DNA of 64,000 nt from Mustelus asterias (GCF_964213995.1 NW_027590119.1:992001-1056000); one strand, 5' to 3'. Shown: positions 1-11,588, numbered from the stretch's first letter. The notes: generated by a model from the sequence alone, not told the origin. Made by a program: numbers and translations.

Positions 1-286
1 TTGCAAAATCTCACTAACTGTCCTGTCTGGAGACAATACACATCTCTTTAACCTGTGCTTAACCCTCTCTCCACTCACATTGTCTGTACCTTTAAGACTT
101 GATGACCTGTAAAGACTCGCATTCCAACCATTATCTTGTAAATTGAGTCTGTGTCTTTATATGCCCTGTTTGTGAACAGAACTCCCACTCACCTGATGAA
201 GGGGCTTGGAACTCCGAAAGCTAGTGGCTTGTGCGACCAAATAAACCTGTTGGACTTTAACCTGGTGTTGTTAAACTTCTTACTGT
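1..286 (+). mobile_element. Penelope-like element 3' terminus (pLTR), continues off the window's left edge
   Basis: Tail CCAAATAAACCTGTTGGACTTTAACCTGGTGTTGTTAAACTTCTTACTGT recurs at ~6817, ~27494, ~40643 and ~49107; the ~40643 copy abuts a Penelope RT/GIY-YIG ORF. Confidence 0.85.
190..226 (+). ncRNA. Minimal type I hammerhead ribozyme motif
   Basis: CAC-CTGATGA-A-GGGGC ttgga ACTCC-GAAA-GC-TA-GTG: conserved core, stem II, palindromic AGCT stem III, CAC/GTG stem I; matches the known Penelope minimal hammerhead architecture. Confidence 0.75.
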
Positions 287-429
287 CCTGTCCTGGACAC
301 AGAGAGCTGGAAATCTCCATGCAGGCGGCCAAACAGATATATGTCTATCTGACTGGACTAACAATGTGTGGAATGTACAGACTGGATTCACTTCCTTTCC
401 CTTCAGTTGCTGCAAGTCCCCAATTTCCC

Positions 430-848
430 CCAGAATGAGAAAAGAAATGGAAAGGGGGAGAAAAGAAAGTGTTTTACTCACAGGAGGAAGTTTTACTCTG
501 TCCACTCCCCCAAGGCCCAGGGCTGCGCATGTCCAAGGGAGAGGGGAAGCTGCGCACGTGCGGTAGAGTGCCCACCCCCTGGTCCTTATGCTGAGGTGTT
601 GACCAATGGGGGAGTTGAAGGACCGGAAGGACTCTGGTCCTCCAGCCAATCAGAGCTCCCCATTGTCTGAATGCGGAAGTGGACAATGAGCTTGTTCAGT
701 TGCTCATTCCTGCCCAGCAAAGCTGCTGCTGCTCCCTCTCTGAATGAACATTGAGCTTCAGACAGGCTCAAACTTCCTCCTGTCTCTCCGACATCTCTGA
801 GTAAAACACTTTCTTCTCTCCCCGCTTCCATTTCTTTTCTCATTCTGG
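430..848. promoter_or_regulatory. Probable bidirectional ZNF promoter flanked by mirror-image exon1/intron1 junctions
   Basis: CCAAT boxes at ~603 and ~646, NRF1-like TGCGCATG/TGCGCACGTGCG, CGGAAGT ETS site at ~674; 430-480 and 798-848 are inverted copies containing TGA|GTAAAA donors. Confidence 0.55.
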
Positions 849-1032
849 AGTTGAATTTTTAACTTCCAGGTCACCACTCGCTGCTTCAATAAAGATCCTC
901 CTCACATTCTTCATGTTTCTCTAACCAGGTGATACAGTGTATTACACACATCATCAGTCTGCTCATTTATGTCCAATTGTAAAGCTTTAACGTGGCTGTC
1001 AGCTTGAAGATTTGCAGCTTTTTTTGTCCAGA

Positions 1033-1153
1033 ACAGGAAGCAGTGAGCATGGATCTGTCAATCAGCCTCAATCAGCACCTTCAGGAGAATTGGGAGGGTG
1101 AATATTAGATACAGCAGAGTGAGAATGGAGGGAGAGTGTGTGGGATGGAGATT
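1033..1153 (+). other. Conserved 5' micro-exon/uORF module (MDLSISLNQHLQENWE) of ZNF gene 1
   Basis: ACAG|GAAG acceptor, ATG at 1049, G|GTGAAT donor at 1098; 121/121 identical to the reverse complement of 12657-12777. Confidence 0.6.
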
Positions 1154-1447
1154 TATGATTTTTGGGGAATGAGAAAGGAAAGAATGTTCCATAGAAATTG
1201 TCTGTTCTGAATTTCTCTCCTGTACTGACACTGATGACTTTTGTAAATTCCTTTTACAGGATATCAGAGGGTGAGGATTTACAGACAGTGTTCCAGTGCG
1301 CTGAGTGTGGAAAGAACTTTAACCAGTTATACAACCTGAAAAAAACATCTCAGCATTCACAGTGGGGAGAGACTGTACCCATGTTCTGTATGTGGACGAG
1401 GCTTCAACTGATAGCCAAACCTGGAGAGTCACAAGGGCACCCGCACC

Positions 1448-2233
1448 ATGGAGAAACCGTGGAAATGTGGGGACTGTGGGAAGGGATTCAGATTCCCATC
1501 TCGGCTTGAAGTTCATCGACACATTCATACTGGGGACAGACCATTCACCTGTTGCATGTGTGGGAAGGGATTCATTCAGTCATCCGACTTGCTGACACAC
1601 CAGCAAGTTCATATCAGGGAGATGCCGTTCACCTGCAGCATGTGTGGGAAGGGATTCATTCGCTCATCCCAGCTGCTGAGTCACAATCTCTCTCACACCA
1701 GTGAGAAACCCTTCAACTGCTCTGACTGTGGGAGCGGATTCAAAAGTTCTTGGGAACTGGTGTCCCATCAACGTGTTCACACTGAGGAGAGGCCGTTCAG
1801 CTGCTCTCACTGCACAAAGAGATTTAAAAGGTCATCCAACCTGCGGGTACATCAGCGAGTTCACACTGGAGAGAAACCATTCACCTGCGCCATGTGTGGC
1901 AAGGGATTCACTGCTTCATCCAGCCTCATGAAACACAAAGGTACTCACAGCAATGAGAGACCTTTTAAATGTGCTGACTGTGGGAGCGGCTTCAAAAGTG
2001 CTGCAGTTCTTCGAGAGCATGAGCGCATTCACACTGAGGAGAGACCGTTCAGCTGCTCACAATGTTCAGTGAGGTTTAAAAGGTCATCCACGCTGCAGAG
2101 ACACCAGCGAGTTCACACTGGGGAGAAACCATTCACCTGCTCTCAATGTGGGAAGAGATTCACTCGGTCATCCGACCTGCGGAAACACCAGCGAGTTCAC
2201 ACTGGGGACAGACCGTTAAGCTGCTCTGTGTAG
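1448..2233 (+). CDS. C2H2 zinc-finger protein, 9 fingers, no effector domain visible
   Basis: ORF MEKPWKC... with CxxC-x12-HxxxH repeats and HTGE(K/R)PF linkers; acceptor TTTTACAG|G at 1259/1260; decayed fingers at 1290-1447 and 2234-3047. Confidence 0.85.
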   Translation: MEKPWKCGDCGKGFRFPSRLEVHRHIHTGDRPFTCCMCGKGFIQSSDLLTHQQVHIREMPFTCSMCGKGFIRSSQLLSHNLSHTSEKPFNCSDCGSGFKSSWELVSHQRVHTEERPFSCSHCTKRFKRSSNLRVHQRVHTGEKPFTCAMCGKGFTASSSLMKHKGTHSNERPFKCADCGSGFKSAAVLREHERIHTEERPFSCSQCSVRFKRSSTLQRHQRVHTGEKPFTCSQCGKRFTRSSDLRKHQRVHTGDRPLSCSV

Positions 2234-2324
2234 AAAGTATTAACTTGGTTATCCAGCTTGCTGAAACCCAAAGTCACTCACACCAAGTAGAGACCCTTTC
2301 AATGCTCTGAATGGGGGAGTGACT

Positions 2325-2840
2325 GTGTACAGTTCTGGTCACCCGATTATAGAAAAGATATTATTAAACGAGAAAGAGTGCAGAAAAGATTTACTAGGAT
2401 GCTACCGGGACTTGATGGTTTGCGTTATAAGGAGAGGCTGGATAGACTGGGACTTGTTTCTCTGGCGCGTAGGGGGCTGAGGGGTGACCTTATAATAAGG
2501 AAAATAATAAGGGACATTGATAAGGTAGATAGTCAATATCTTTTCCCAAAGGTAGGGGAGTCTAAAACTAGAGGGCATAGGTTTAAGGTGAGAGGGGAGA
2601 GATACAAAAGGGTCCAGAGGGGCAACCTTTTCACACAGAGGGTAGTGAGTGTCTGGAACAAGATGCCAGAGGTAGTAGTAGAGGCAGGTACAATTTCGAC
2701 AGTTACATGGGTAAGATGGGTAGAAAGGGTTATGGGCCCAATGCGGGCAATTGGGACTAGCTTAGGGCTTTTAAAAAAAAGGGGGGGCATGGACAAGTTG
2801 GGCCAAAGGACCTGTTTCCATGCTGGAAAGCTCTATGACT
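2325..2840 (+). mobile_element. CR1/HER1 LINE 3' fragment inserted in decayed zinc fingers
   Basis: VQKRFTRMLPGL...TRGHRFKV..FTQRVV motifs; TGACT at both junctions; finger sequence resumes at 2841. Confidence 0.9.
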
Positions 2841-3324
2841 TCACAAGGTCTGCAGAACTGGTGTCCCACCAGTGCAGTCTCACGGAGGAGAGAGCATTCA
2901 GGTGTTCTCACTGCACAGAGGTTTTAAAGCTCATCAAACCTGTGGATTCACCAGTGAGTTCACACTGGGGAGAGACCATTCACCTGCTTTGTGTGGGAAA
3001 GGATTCACTCAGTTATCCACTCTGCTGACACCCCAGCGAGTTCACATCTTTCCTAAAGTGTGGGGCCCATATATAGGGTTCCATTCCAGAGGGATATAAT
3101 TGAAAACCAGCGAGGTTATGGCCAACTTGTTTAGAACCAGGGTTAGAGTAAACTGGGAGCCCTGTCAAAATTAGTGATCTGCATTTAGAAGAAGGAAAGA
3201 GAGGCACTGGAGATGGAGCAACATAGATTGACAAGAATAATCCCAGAACTGAGAGCTTTTAACCCTCAGGAAAGTCTGAGGCTGCTTTTCCCTGGAAAAG
3301 AGAAGACTGAAGGGTGACCGAAAT

Positions 3325-4115
3325 GTAATGGAGGACATGCCCTTGTCTACATCAAAGGTGATGAAGTGGAGATGGTTCGAGATCTTCATGTTTTGAGGTG
3401 TTCAGATCATCAACAACCTGTTCTGGTCCCTCCATGCCGACGCTATCGTTAAGAAAGCCCACCAATGCCTCTACTTTCTCAGAAGACTAAGGAAATTTGG
3501 CATGTCAGCTATGACTCTCTCCAACTTCTACAGGTGCACCATAGAAAGCATTCTTTCTGGATGCATCACAGCTTGGTATGGCTCCAGCTCTGACCAAGAC
3601 CGCAAGAAACAAAGGGTTGTGAACGTAGTTCAGTCATCACGTAAACCAGCTTCCCGTCTATTGACTCCGTCTACACTTCCTGCTGCCTCGGAAAAGCAGC
3701 CAGCGTAATTAAGGACCCCACGCACCCCGGACCTCCTCTCTTCCATTGGGAAAAGGATACAAAAGTCTGAGATCACGTACCAACAGACTCAAGAACAGCT
3801 TCTTCCTATTACACATTAAGCTGATCTTTCCCTTCACCCTATCGTTAACTGTAACACTATTCTGCACCCTCTACTTTCCTTCTCCCCTATGTACTCTGAA
3901 CGGTGTGTTTTGTCTGCAACGGCTTGCAAGAAACAATATTTTTCACTGTATCCAAATGTACCCATTGTACCCATTGGCAAGAGGGACAGGGGCCAAACGC
4001 AGGCAATTGGGACTAGCTTAGTGGTAAAAACTGGGTGGTTTGGACAAGTTGGGTCGAAGGGTATGTTTCCATGCTGTAAACCTCGATGACTCGAATGTGA
4101 CAATAATGAATCAAT
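3325..4115 (+). mobile_element. Rex1/Babar LINE 3' fragment (with a CR1 tail at ~3960-4090)
   Basis: NFYRCTIESILSGCITAWYG and RTNRLKNSFF motifs; homologous to the minus-strand copy at 33566-34965. Confidence 0.8.
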
Positions 4116-4169
4116 CACTCTGAATGGTTGAAGTGAAGAGCGTGAATACATTGAAAGGGAAGCTGGATA

Positions 4170-4478
4170 GAATCACAGAATCCTACAGTGCAGAAGGAGG
4201 CCATTTGGCCTATAAAGTCTGCACCGACCACAATCCAACTCAGGCTATCCCCATAACCCCATGCATTTATCCTAGCCAGTCCCCCTGACACTAAGGGGCA
4301 ATTTTAGCGTGGCCAATCAACCTAACCTGCACATCTTTGGACTGTGGGAGGAAACCGGAGCACCCGGAGGAAACCCACGCAGACACGGGGAGAATGTGCA
4401 AACTCCAGACAGACTGTGACCCAACCCGGGTCCCAGGCGCTGTGAGGCAGCAGTGCTAACCACTGTACCGCCATGTCG
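4170..4478 (-). mobile_element. tRNA-derived V-SINE (HE1-like)
   Basis: GGTACAGTGGTTAGCACTGCTGCCTCACAGC head, V-domain GCGTGGGTTTCCTCCGGGTGCTCCGGTTTCCTCCCACAGTCCAAAG, CR1-like tail. Confidence 0.9.
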
Positions 4479-5290
4479 CCAACAGATAGTAAAATAAGGG
4501 AGTACAATTTTTAAAAATCCATTTCCTATCTCTGTCACTGAAAGCCGATTCAGTGCACCACAGTTTGGAACATATTCCAATGCACTAAATCTATATTTGA
4601 GATGAAGCTGAAATCATGCTGTTTGAACTTTCCCAACATACTGTATATTATCCAACATTTATATAAAACATCTCCTCAGTTTCACTATACTCCATTAAAT
4701 CCTCAATATGAAGGAAACAGATAGTTTTTATCTAGAAATCAAATCTTTCTCTTCAATAATATCAAACCAGGGAGGATTAATGATTCTAATTGGAATTTAA
4801 TGGAACCCAGTCAACTGGAAAAATATTTAGGTGCTCGATTCGCCCCTTGGTTAGGTTGAAAGGATACAGTTTGGGAAAACCTATTAAAAACATGGACAGT
4901 AATCAGAAGCGTAACCCTCAGAGAAATTTCATATTTTAAAGACTTATTTTATTCCCTGGTTTTATTATCATCTCATTTTAAACAAAACCTCACAAAATAG
5001 ACGTATTTCATTGCAGAATGTTATTAGGAAGGCGGCAAAAGAGATTTTACATCTGCCTAACCATATTGCCGATGACATTTGATGTGCCAAGACTAGAGAT
5101 GGAGGTCTAGCCTTACCGAAATTGGAGAGGGTGGTGCCAATTGCAGTTTTTAAGAAATGATTTACTTTTAAAACTAGAAATGATTCGGTGGTGTTGGCAT
5201 CATTCCAATTTAGCGGCACAGATTTAGATCCCAAGTGTAACCAGTTGAGAAGTCTCCGGGTCATCAGGGAAGGCGAGGATAGAGAGGATC

Positions 5291-5570
5291 TTGTCAAACA
5301 GCATTACGGTTTGGTACGGCAGTTGTTCCATTTCTGACCAGAAAGCTCTGCAGCGGGTAGTCAAAACTGCCCAATGCATCATCGGCATCCAGGACATTTA
5401 TCACAAATGCTGTCTGTGGAGATATCTCCGCATCACTAGAGATTCCAGTCAGAGACTGTTTGTTCCCCTGCCATCTGGGAGGCGCTACAGATGTATTTGA
5501 CCTGTATGACCAGCTACAGGAACAGCTTCTTCCCCAGCGCTGTTACCCAGCTGAACTCCGTCCTTTAACA
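5291..5570 (+). mobile_element. Rex1/Babar LINE fragment
   Basis: SITVWYGSCS..KALQRVVKTAQ..PLPSGRRYR motifs. Confidence 0.7.
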
Positions 5571-5619
5571 TATCCTCAGGCGATGGGTATTTTGCAATAC
5601 ACATGTATACACTTAATGT

Positions 5620-7955
5620 TTGAGGGCAAATCAACATCTGGCACGTGGGAGGCTTTCAAGTGTAAGTTGATAGGGATTCAGGACCGGCACATTCCTGTAA
5701 GGATGAAGGATAAGTATGGCAAGTTTTGGAACCTTGGATAACGAGAGATATTGTGAACCTAGTCAAAGAGAAAAAGGAAGCATTTGTCAAAGCTAGGAGG
5801 CTGGGAACACACGAAGCAAGTGTGGAATACAAGGAAAGTAGAAAGAAACTTAAGCAAGAAGTAAGGAGGGCTAAAAGGGGTCACAAAAAAGCATTGGCCA
5901 GCAGGATTAAGGAAACTCCCAAGGCTTTTTATACATATATAAAGAGCAAGAGGGTAGCCAGGGAGAGGGTTGGCCCACTCAAGGACAAGGGAGGGAATCT
6001 ATGCATGGAGCCAGAGGAAATGGGCGAGGTATTAAATGAGTACTTTGTGTCAGTATTCACCAAAGAGAAGGACTTGGTGGATGTTGAGTCTGGGAAAGGG
6101 TGTGTAGATAGTTTGAGTCATGTTGAGGTCAAAAAGGAGGAGGTATTGGGGTTCTTGAGAAACATTAAGGGAGACAAGTCCCCAGGGCCTGATGGGATAT
6201 ACTCCAGAATACTGAGGGAGGCAAGTGAAGAAATTGCTGGGGTCTTGAGAGAAATCTTTGTATCCTCACTGGCTACAGGGGAGGTCCCAGAGGGTTGGAG
6301 AATAGCCAATGTTGTTCCTTTGTTTAAGAAGGGTAGCAAGGATAATCCAGATAATTACAGGCCGGTGAGCCAAACATCAGTGGTAGGGAAATTATTGGAG
6401 AGGATTCTTCGAGACAGGATTTATTCCCACTTGGAAATAGGTGGACGTAATAGTGAGAGGCAACATGGTTTTGTGAAGGGGAGGTCTTGTCCCACGAACT
6501 TGATCGAGTTTTTCGAGGAAGTGACGAAGATGATTGAGGGCAGGGCAGTGGATGTTGTCTACATGGACTTCAGTAAAGCCTTTGACAAGGTCCCTCATGG
6601 CAGATTGGTGCAGAAGGTGAAGTCACATGGGATCAGAGGTGAGCTGGCAAGGTGGATACAAAACTGGCTCGGTCAAAGAACAGTAAGAAGTCTCACAACA
6701 CCAGGTTAAAGTCCAACAGGTTTACTTGGCAGCACTAGCTTTCGGAGCCCCAAGCTCCTTCCTCAGGTGAGTGAGTCACCTGAGGAAGGAGCTTGGGGCT
6801 CCGAAAGCCAGTGCTGCCAAATAAATCTGTTGGACTTTAACCTGGTGTTGTGAGACTTCTTACGTGCTTCCCCCAGTCCAACACCGGCATCTCCACATCA
6901 TCGGTCAAAGAAGACTGAGGGTAGCAGTGGAAGGGTGCATTTCTGAATGGAGGGCTGTGACAAGTGGTGTTCCTCAGGGATCAGTGCTGGGACCTTTGCT
7001 GTTTGTAATATATATAAATGATTTGGAGGAAAATGTGACTGGTTTGATTCGTAAGTTTGCGGACGACACAAAGATGGATTTGTGGATAGCGATGAGGACC
7101 ATCAGAGGATACAGCAGGATATAGATCAGTTGGAGACTTGGGCAGAGAGATGGCAGATGGAGTTTAATTTGGACAAACATGAGGTCATGCATTTTGGAAG
7201 GTCTTATACAGATAGGAAATGTACAGTAAATGGCAGAACCCTTAAGAGTATTGATAGGCAAAGGGATCTGGGTGTACAGGTACACAAGTCACTGAAAGTG
7301 GCAATGCAGGTGGAGAAGGTAGTCAAGAAGGCATACAGCATGCTTACCTTCATCAGCCGGGGCACTGGGTTTAAAAATTGGCAAGTCATGTTGCAGCTTT
7401 ATAGAACCTTAGTTAGGCCACACTTGGAATATTGTGTTCAATTCTGGTTGCCACACTATCAAAAGAATATGGAGGCTTTCGAGAGAGTACAGAAAAGATT
7501 TACCAGGATGTTGCCTGGTATGGAGGACATTAGCTATGAGGAGAGGTTGGAGAAACTTGGTTTGTTCTCACTGGAACGACGGAAGTTGAGGGCCGACCTG
7601 ATTGAAGTCTACAAGATTATGAGAGGCATGGACAGAGTGGATAGTCAGAAGCTTTTCCCCAGGGTGGAAGAGTCAATTACTAGGGGGCATAGGTTTAAGG
7701 TGTGAGGGGCAAGGTTTAAAGGAGATGTACGAGGCAGATTTTTTACACAGAGGGTGGTGGCTGCCTGGAACTTGTCGCCGAGGCAGGTAGTGGAAGCGGA
7801 TATGGTAGTGACTTTTAAGGGGCGTCTTGACAAATACATGAATAGGATGGGAATAGAGGGATATGGTCCACGGAAGGGTAGGGGGTTTTAGTTCAGACAG
7901 GCAGCATGGTTGGTGCAGGCTTGAAGGGCCTGCTCCTGTGCTGTAATTTTCTTTT
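5620..7955 (+). mobile_element. CR1 LINE ORF2 (5'-truncated) interrupted by a Penelope insert
   Basis: [37 protein letters not shown] motifs; CR1 3' UTR. Confidence 0.95.
6681..6900. mobile_element. Palindromic mini-Penelope insertion with two hammerhead motifs and a 12-bp TSD
   Basis: 88-bp inverted arms 6683-6770 / 6776-6863 (3 mismatches); TSD TCGGTCAAAGAA at 6669-6680 and 6901-6912; CTGAGGA..GGAGC/GCTCC..GAAA on both strands. Confidence 0.85.
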
Positions 7956-7956
7956 A

Positions 7957-8309
7957 GAACCATAGAACCATAGAAAATTACAGCTCAGAAACAGGCCTCT
8001 TGGCCCTTCTTGTCTGTGCCGACCATTTTATGCCTAGCCCCACTGACCTGCACTTGGACCATATCCCTCCACACCCCTCTCATCCATGAACCCATCCAAG
8101 TTTTTCTTAAATGTTAAAACTGACCCCGCATTTACCACTTTATCCGGCAGCTCATTCCACACTCCCACCACTCTCTGCGTGAAGAAGCCCCCCCTAATAT
8201 TCCCTTTAAACTTTTCTCCTTTCACCCTTAACCCATGCCCTCTGGTTTTTTTCTCCCCTAGCCTCAGCGGAAAAAGCCCGCTTGCATTCACTCTATCTAT
8301 ACCCATCAA
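7957..8309 (-). mobile_element. CR1 3' fragment
   Basis: TRGHGL..FFTQRVVGVWNELP and (TTCTATGG)n tail. Confidence 0.9.
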
Positions 8310-8619
8310 ATTTCTTTGACTATTTCTTTGACTATTGGCATTATTTTATAATGACGACTGCATTTGCTTTTTTCTTTGTATCTTGGAGCCTGCAAGCTCT
8401 CTTTCCGTTGTATTTGTGCACTATACAATGACAAAATTGAAGTGATTTGGACCCGCCAAATGCTTTCCATCAAAAAGCAGGTCATGAAGAAAGTCCAATT
8501 TTGGGTTGGCATCAATTTTAAGCTCACAAATGGTCCACCTTAAATTACCAAGGAATTGGCATTTCCTACTTCCTCGACCTGGTTTCTAATCACTGGCTGA
8601 ACTTTAACTTTTGTAAAAG

Positions 8620-8903
8620 CACAACCTCAGAATTAAGGGACAGTCCTTTAAAACAGAGATGAGGAGGAATTTCTTCAGCCAGAGAGTGGTGAATCTGAGG
8701 AACTCTTTGCTGCAGAAGGCTGTGGAGGCCGGGTCATTGAGTATCTTTAAGACAGAGATAGATAGGTTCTTGATTAACAAGGGGATCGGGGGTGATGGGG
8801 AAAAGGCAGGAGAATGGGGATGAGAAAAAATCAGCCATGATTGAATGGCGAAGCAGACTCGATGGGCCGAGTGGCCTAATTCTGCTCCTATGTCTTATGG
8901 TCT
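8620..8903 (+). mobile_element. CR1 3' fragment inserted in the R2-like element
   Basis: EMRRNFFSQRVVNL and tail GGCCTAATTCTGCTCCTATGTCTTATGGTCT. Confidence 0.9.
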
Positions 8904-9789
8904 TAAGGAGTCAAATTTTATTAATACTCTGATTCGAAGTAATGCATACCCGGCAAGAATTTTTTTAGCATTTGGAAAATCCGGAGGTAGTGAATTATGC
9001 TGAAGTTGCAACTCCGTGAACGAAACGATTGGACATATTTGAGGCTCTTGTCCTTTTGTCAAAAATGCCAGAATCCTCAGACACAATAAAATCTTGCATC
9101 AATTGGAGGAGTATGCACACACACATCATTTTAAAGTTATTTCAGGACCCCCAATAAGAACGGCCGATAAAACAACTGTATAAACCCGACATGCTGATCA
9201 GCAATGGGAAAGAAGTTGCGGCTGTTGATATCACAACAAGATTGAAGATAACATTAATTCTCTGGAAAAAGCATGGGATGAAAAGGTTAAGAAGTATCAA
9301 CATCCAACTAAAGAGATGAAACAACTGACAGGTGGCTCTACTGTGAAGTTTTTTGGGTTTATTATAGGTGCCAGGGAAAATGATGTACACAAAATGACCT
9401 GATGTTGAAATTCCTCAATATCCAGAAATTTAAATTGTTTGTGGAACAAATCTGCCGACTGGCATTGTTACAGACGGTAAAAATGTTACAGATTTTTACA
9501 GACAAATGATGTTGCCTCATTGTTAACCACTTTTAATTCTTTTTTTCTTTTTGTATGTTTTGACATTTTATATGCTGATTTGTATATCTTGATCTTGTTT
9601 CTTTTCTTTAATTCATATTTTATTTAATAAAGTTTACTCTGTAATTTTATAATATATGCAACATCAAAACACATATGAAATGATGAGGGATTTATACCAT
9701 TGTCAAGAGGTGTGTCTCATTAGCTCTGCATTACCCCGATTGGTTTTATTCTGCAGTTACAAAGGCATTAATTTAATATTTACAATTTT

Positions 9790-10509
9790 ATTTTTTTAGC
9801 CCTCGATGGGTCGCCGGCATCGGAGCATCGGGACCCTCCCGATGCATCCTCTGTCAGAACACCGACATGCCCTGCCCCTGAACGACCCTCCCCCCCACCC
9901 CCTTGGCAGAGATTCCCCCCCCCCCCAAGCCAATCACAACCCCCCCCCATGCAGAGCTCCCCTCTTGACAAGCAGCCCCCTTGCAAAAGCGCCCCCATCA
10001 TGTTAAATACCTCTCCAGGCCCCACCACCACACATGCCCCACCCCCTTGGCACCGTCCATGGTGCACTTAGGGCACGCAACCAGGCACTGCTACGATGCC
10101 AGGTGGGCATGCCAGTGTGGCATTGCCCAATTTGCACTGCCCAGATATTCCCCCAAATCACCTGGTGGTTTCTTTGGCCTCTGATTCCACCACCCCCCCC
10201 CCCCTCCCCTCCCCTCCACCCCCCCCCTCCCCCCTCCCCACCAGCGTGGTCCAAGCACCTGGTCCCCGCTGGTGAAGACCAGCAGTGATTCTCGTTGGTG
10301 TGATGTCTCAACCGTACCGAACCGAACCCAACAATCATATTGCAATGTAAGCAACTCTATGCAATTAGCCTTCACCCTCTTTCTGGTCACAAAACCATTC
10401 ACGCCGGCAAAACAGGGCCAGGAAGATAGCAATACTTTCGTCTCGCAAGCCTATCTTCCCAGCTCACCGCGCTGATCGAGCGGCAAGTCAAGCCGGTAAG
10501 ATCACCCCC
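9790..10509. mobile_element. GC-rich putative non-autonomous DNA transposon remnant (Harbinger/MITE-like)
   Basis: Sharp compositional boundary, poly-C tracts, TGCCA/TGGCA motifs, terminal-looking GGTAAGATCACCCCC; only one candidate TIR seen. Confidence 0.3.
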
Positions 10510-10699
10510 TGTATCTTTCTTTCACACTCAGACTGAACCAATCAGCCTTATTCTTGAGGCAGATTTCACAGAATATAACGTCTTCTGGCTGATCAAAAGG
10601 AAAGAAGAAATTCTTAGTTTAAACAGTTGCTGCTCGCTACACAGATTCCACAAGCGTTTAGGTGAATACAGTATTCATTTTGAAATAAAGGTCCAGTCA

Positions 10700-11330
10700 C
10701 GATAGAGTTGTGGAACACCTCCGCTCAGTCCACGAGCATGACCCTGACCTTCCGCTTGCCATTAGAATTCACCACCTTGCTCTCACACTCACATTTCTGT
10801 CCTCGGCCTGCTGCAATGTTCCGGAGAAGCCCAACACAAGCTGGACAAACAGCCCCTCATCTTCCGATGAGGCACTTTACAGCCTTCTGGACTCAACATG
10901 GAATTCAACAACTTCACCCCCTGAACTCTCTCCTCAATTTTGATTTGTTGTTTTTTGCCGAGTGCCAGTCTGCATCTTGTTTTTGTTTTTTTGCTTCCAG
11001 ACAGAGCTGTCCTTTATTCTGCCATTAACACTTACTCTGGACCAATGCTTTGTTTCTTTACTATAACCATTACCTCTCCCTTTGCCTTTTGTTCCGGGAC
11101 ATTTTTGTCATTTAATCTCACCCGCCCTCTAACCAATCCCTGACTTTCCCTTTTGTTCTACCTGCCCCTCCCCCCTTTCTCAGCAGCATCAAACCCATCA
11201 TATTTCTCCCTCTCTTTCGTTTTGAAGTAGAGCTGCATTGGACATAAAAAGTTATCTTTGTTTCTCTCTCCACAGATACTGCCAGAGCTGCTGCGATTTT
11301 CCAGTTCTTTCTGTGTTTATTTCAGAGCTA
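10700..11330 (+). mobile_element. Penelope-like element (second family) 3' fragment
   Basis: EHLRSV..DPDLP..HF GIY-YIG C-terminal similarity; tail CTCTCCACAGATACTGCCAGAGCTGCTG shared with ~53085 and ~54640. Confidence 0.65.
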
Positions 11331-11588
11331 ACTGTAGCAGTGGGAAAAACACTATTTATTATGCAGATAAAATAAATGTCCTTCATCAGCTTTTGTGGAT
11401 CATTCCAGTGGAAATGTGCTCTCCCAGGCACAAAGAGCATCAGCCCACTGGAAGCAAAGTCATGAGACTGTCCAGTCCAGCAGAAAGAAACCCCCCGACT
11501 CTCCCACTTCACCAACTGTCAGAATGAACATGGTTCAGTCCTGGGTGTGATTAACAGCAGCAAGAACAGCAGAATCCAACCCCTGTCA

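Larger units (their letters stand above)
4700..9630 (+). mobile_element. Decayed R2-clade non-LTR retrotransposon (RT C-terminus, CCHC knuckle, restriction-like endonuclease) in three pieces: ~4700-5290, ~8310-8610, ~8905-9630
   Basis: Manual translation: EKYLGARFAPW (4818), ILKTYFIP..IRKAAKEILHLP..RDGGLALP (4930-5120), QGIGISYF..SNHWL (8549-8600), C*SC..ETIGHI*GSC..RILRHNKI (8998-9093), YKPDMLI..VDITTR..EKVKKY..FFGFIIGAR (9179-9376). Confidence 0.8.

Noticed and set aside
9880-10240. Functional G-quadruplex or Pro-rich ORFs
   Set aside because: Homopolymer tracts inside a repeat; no independent support
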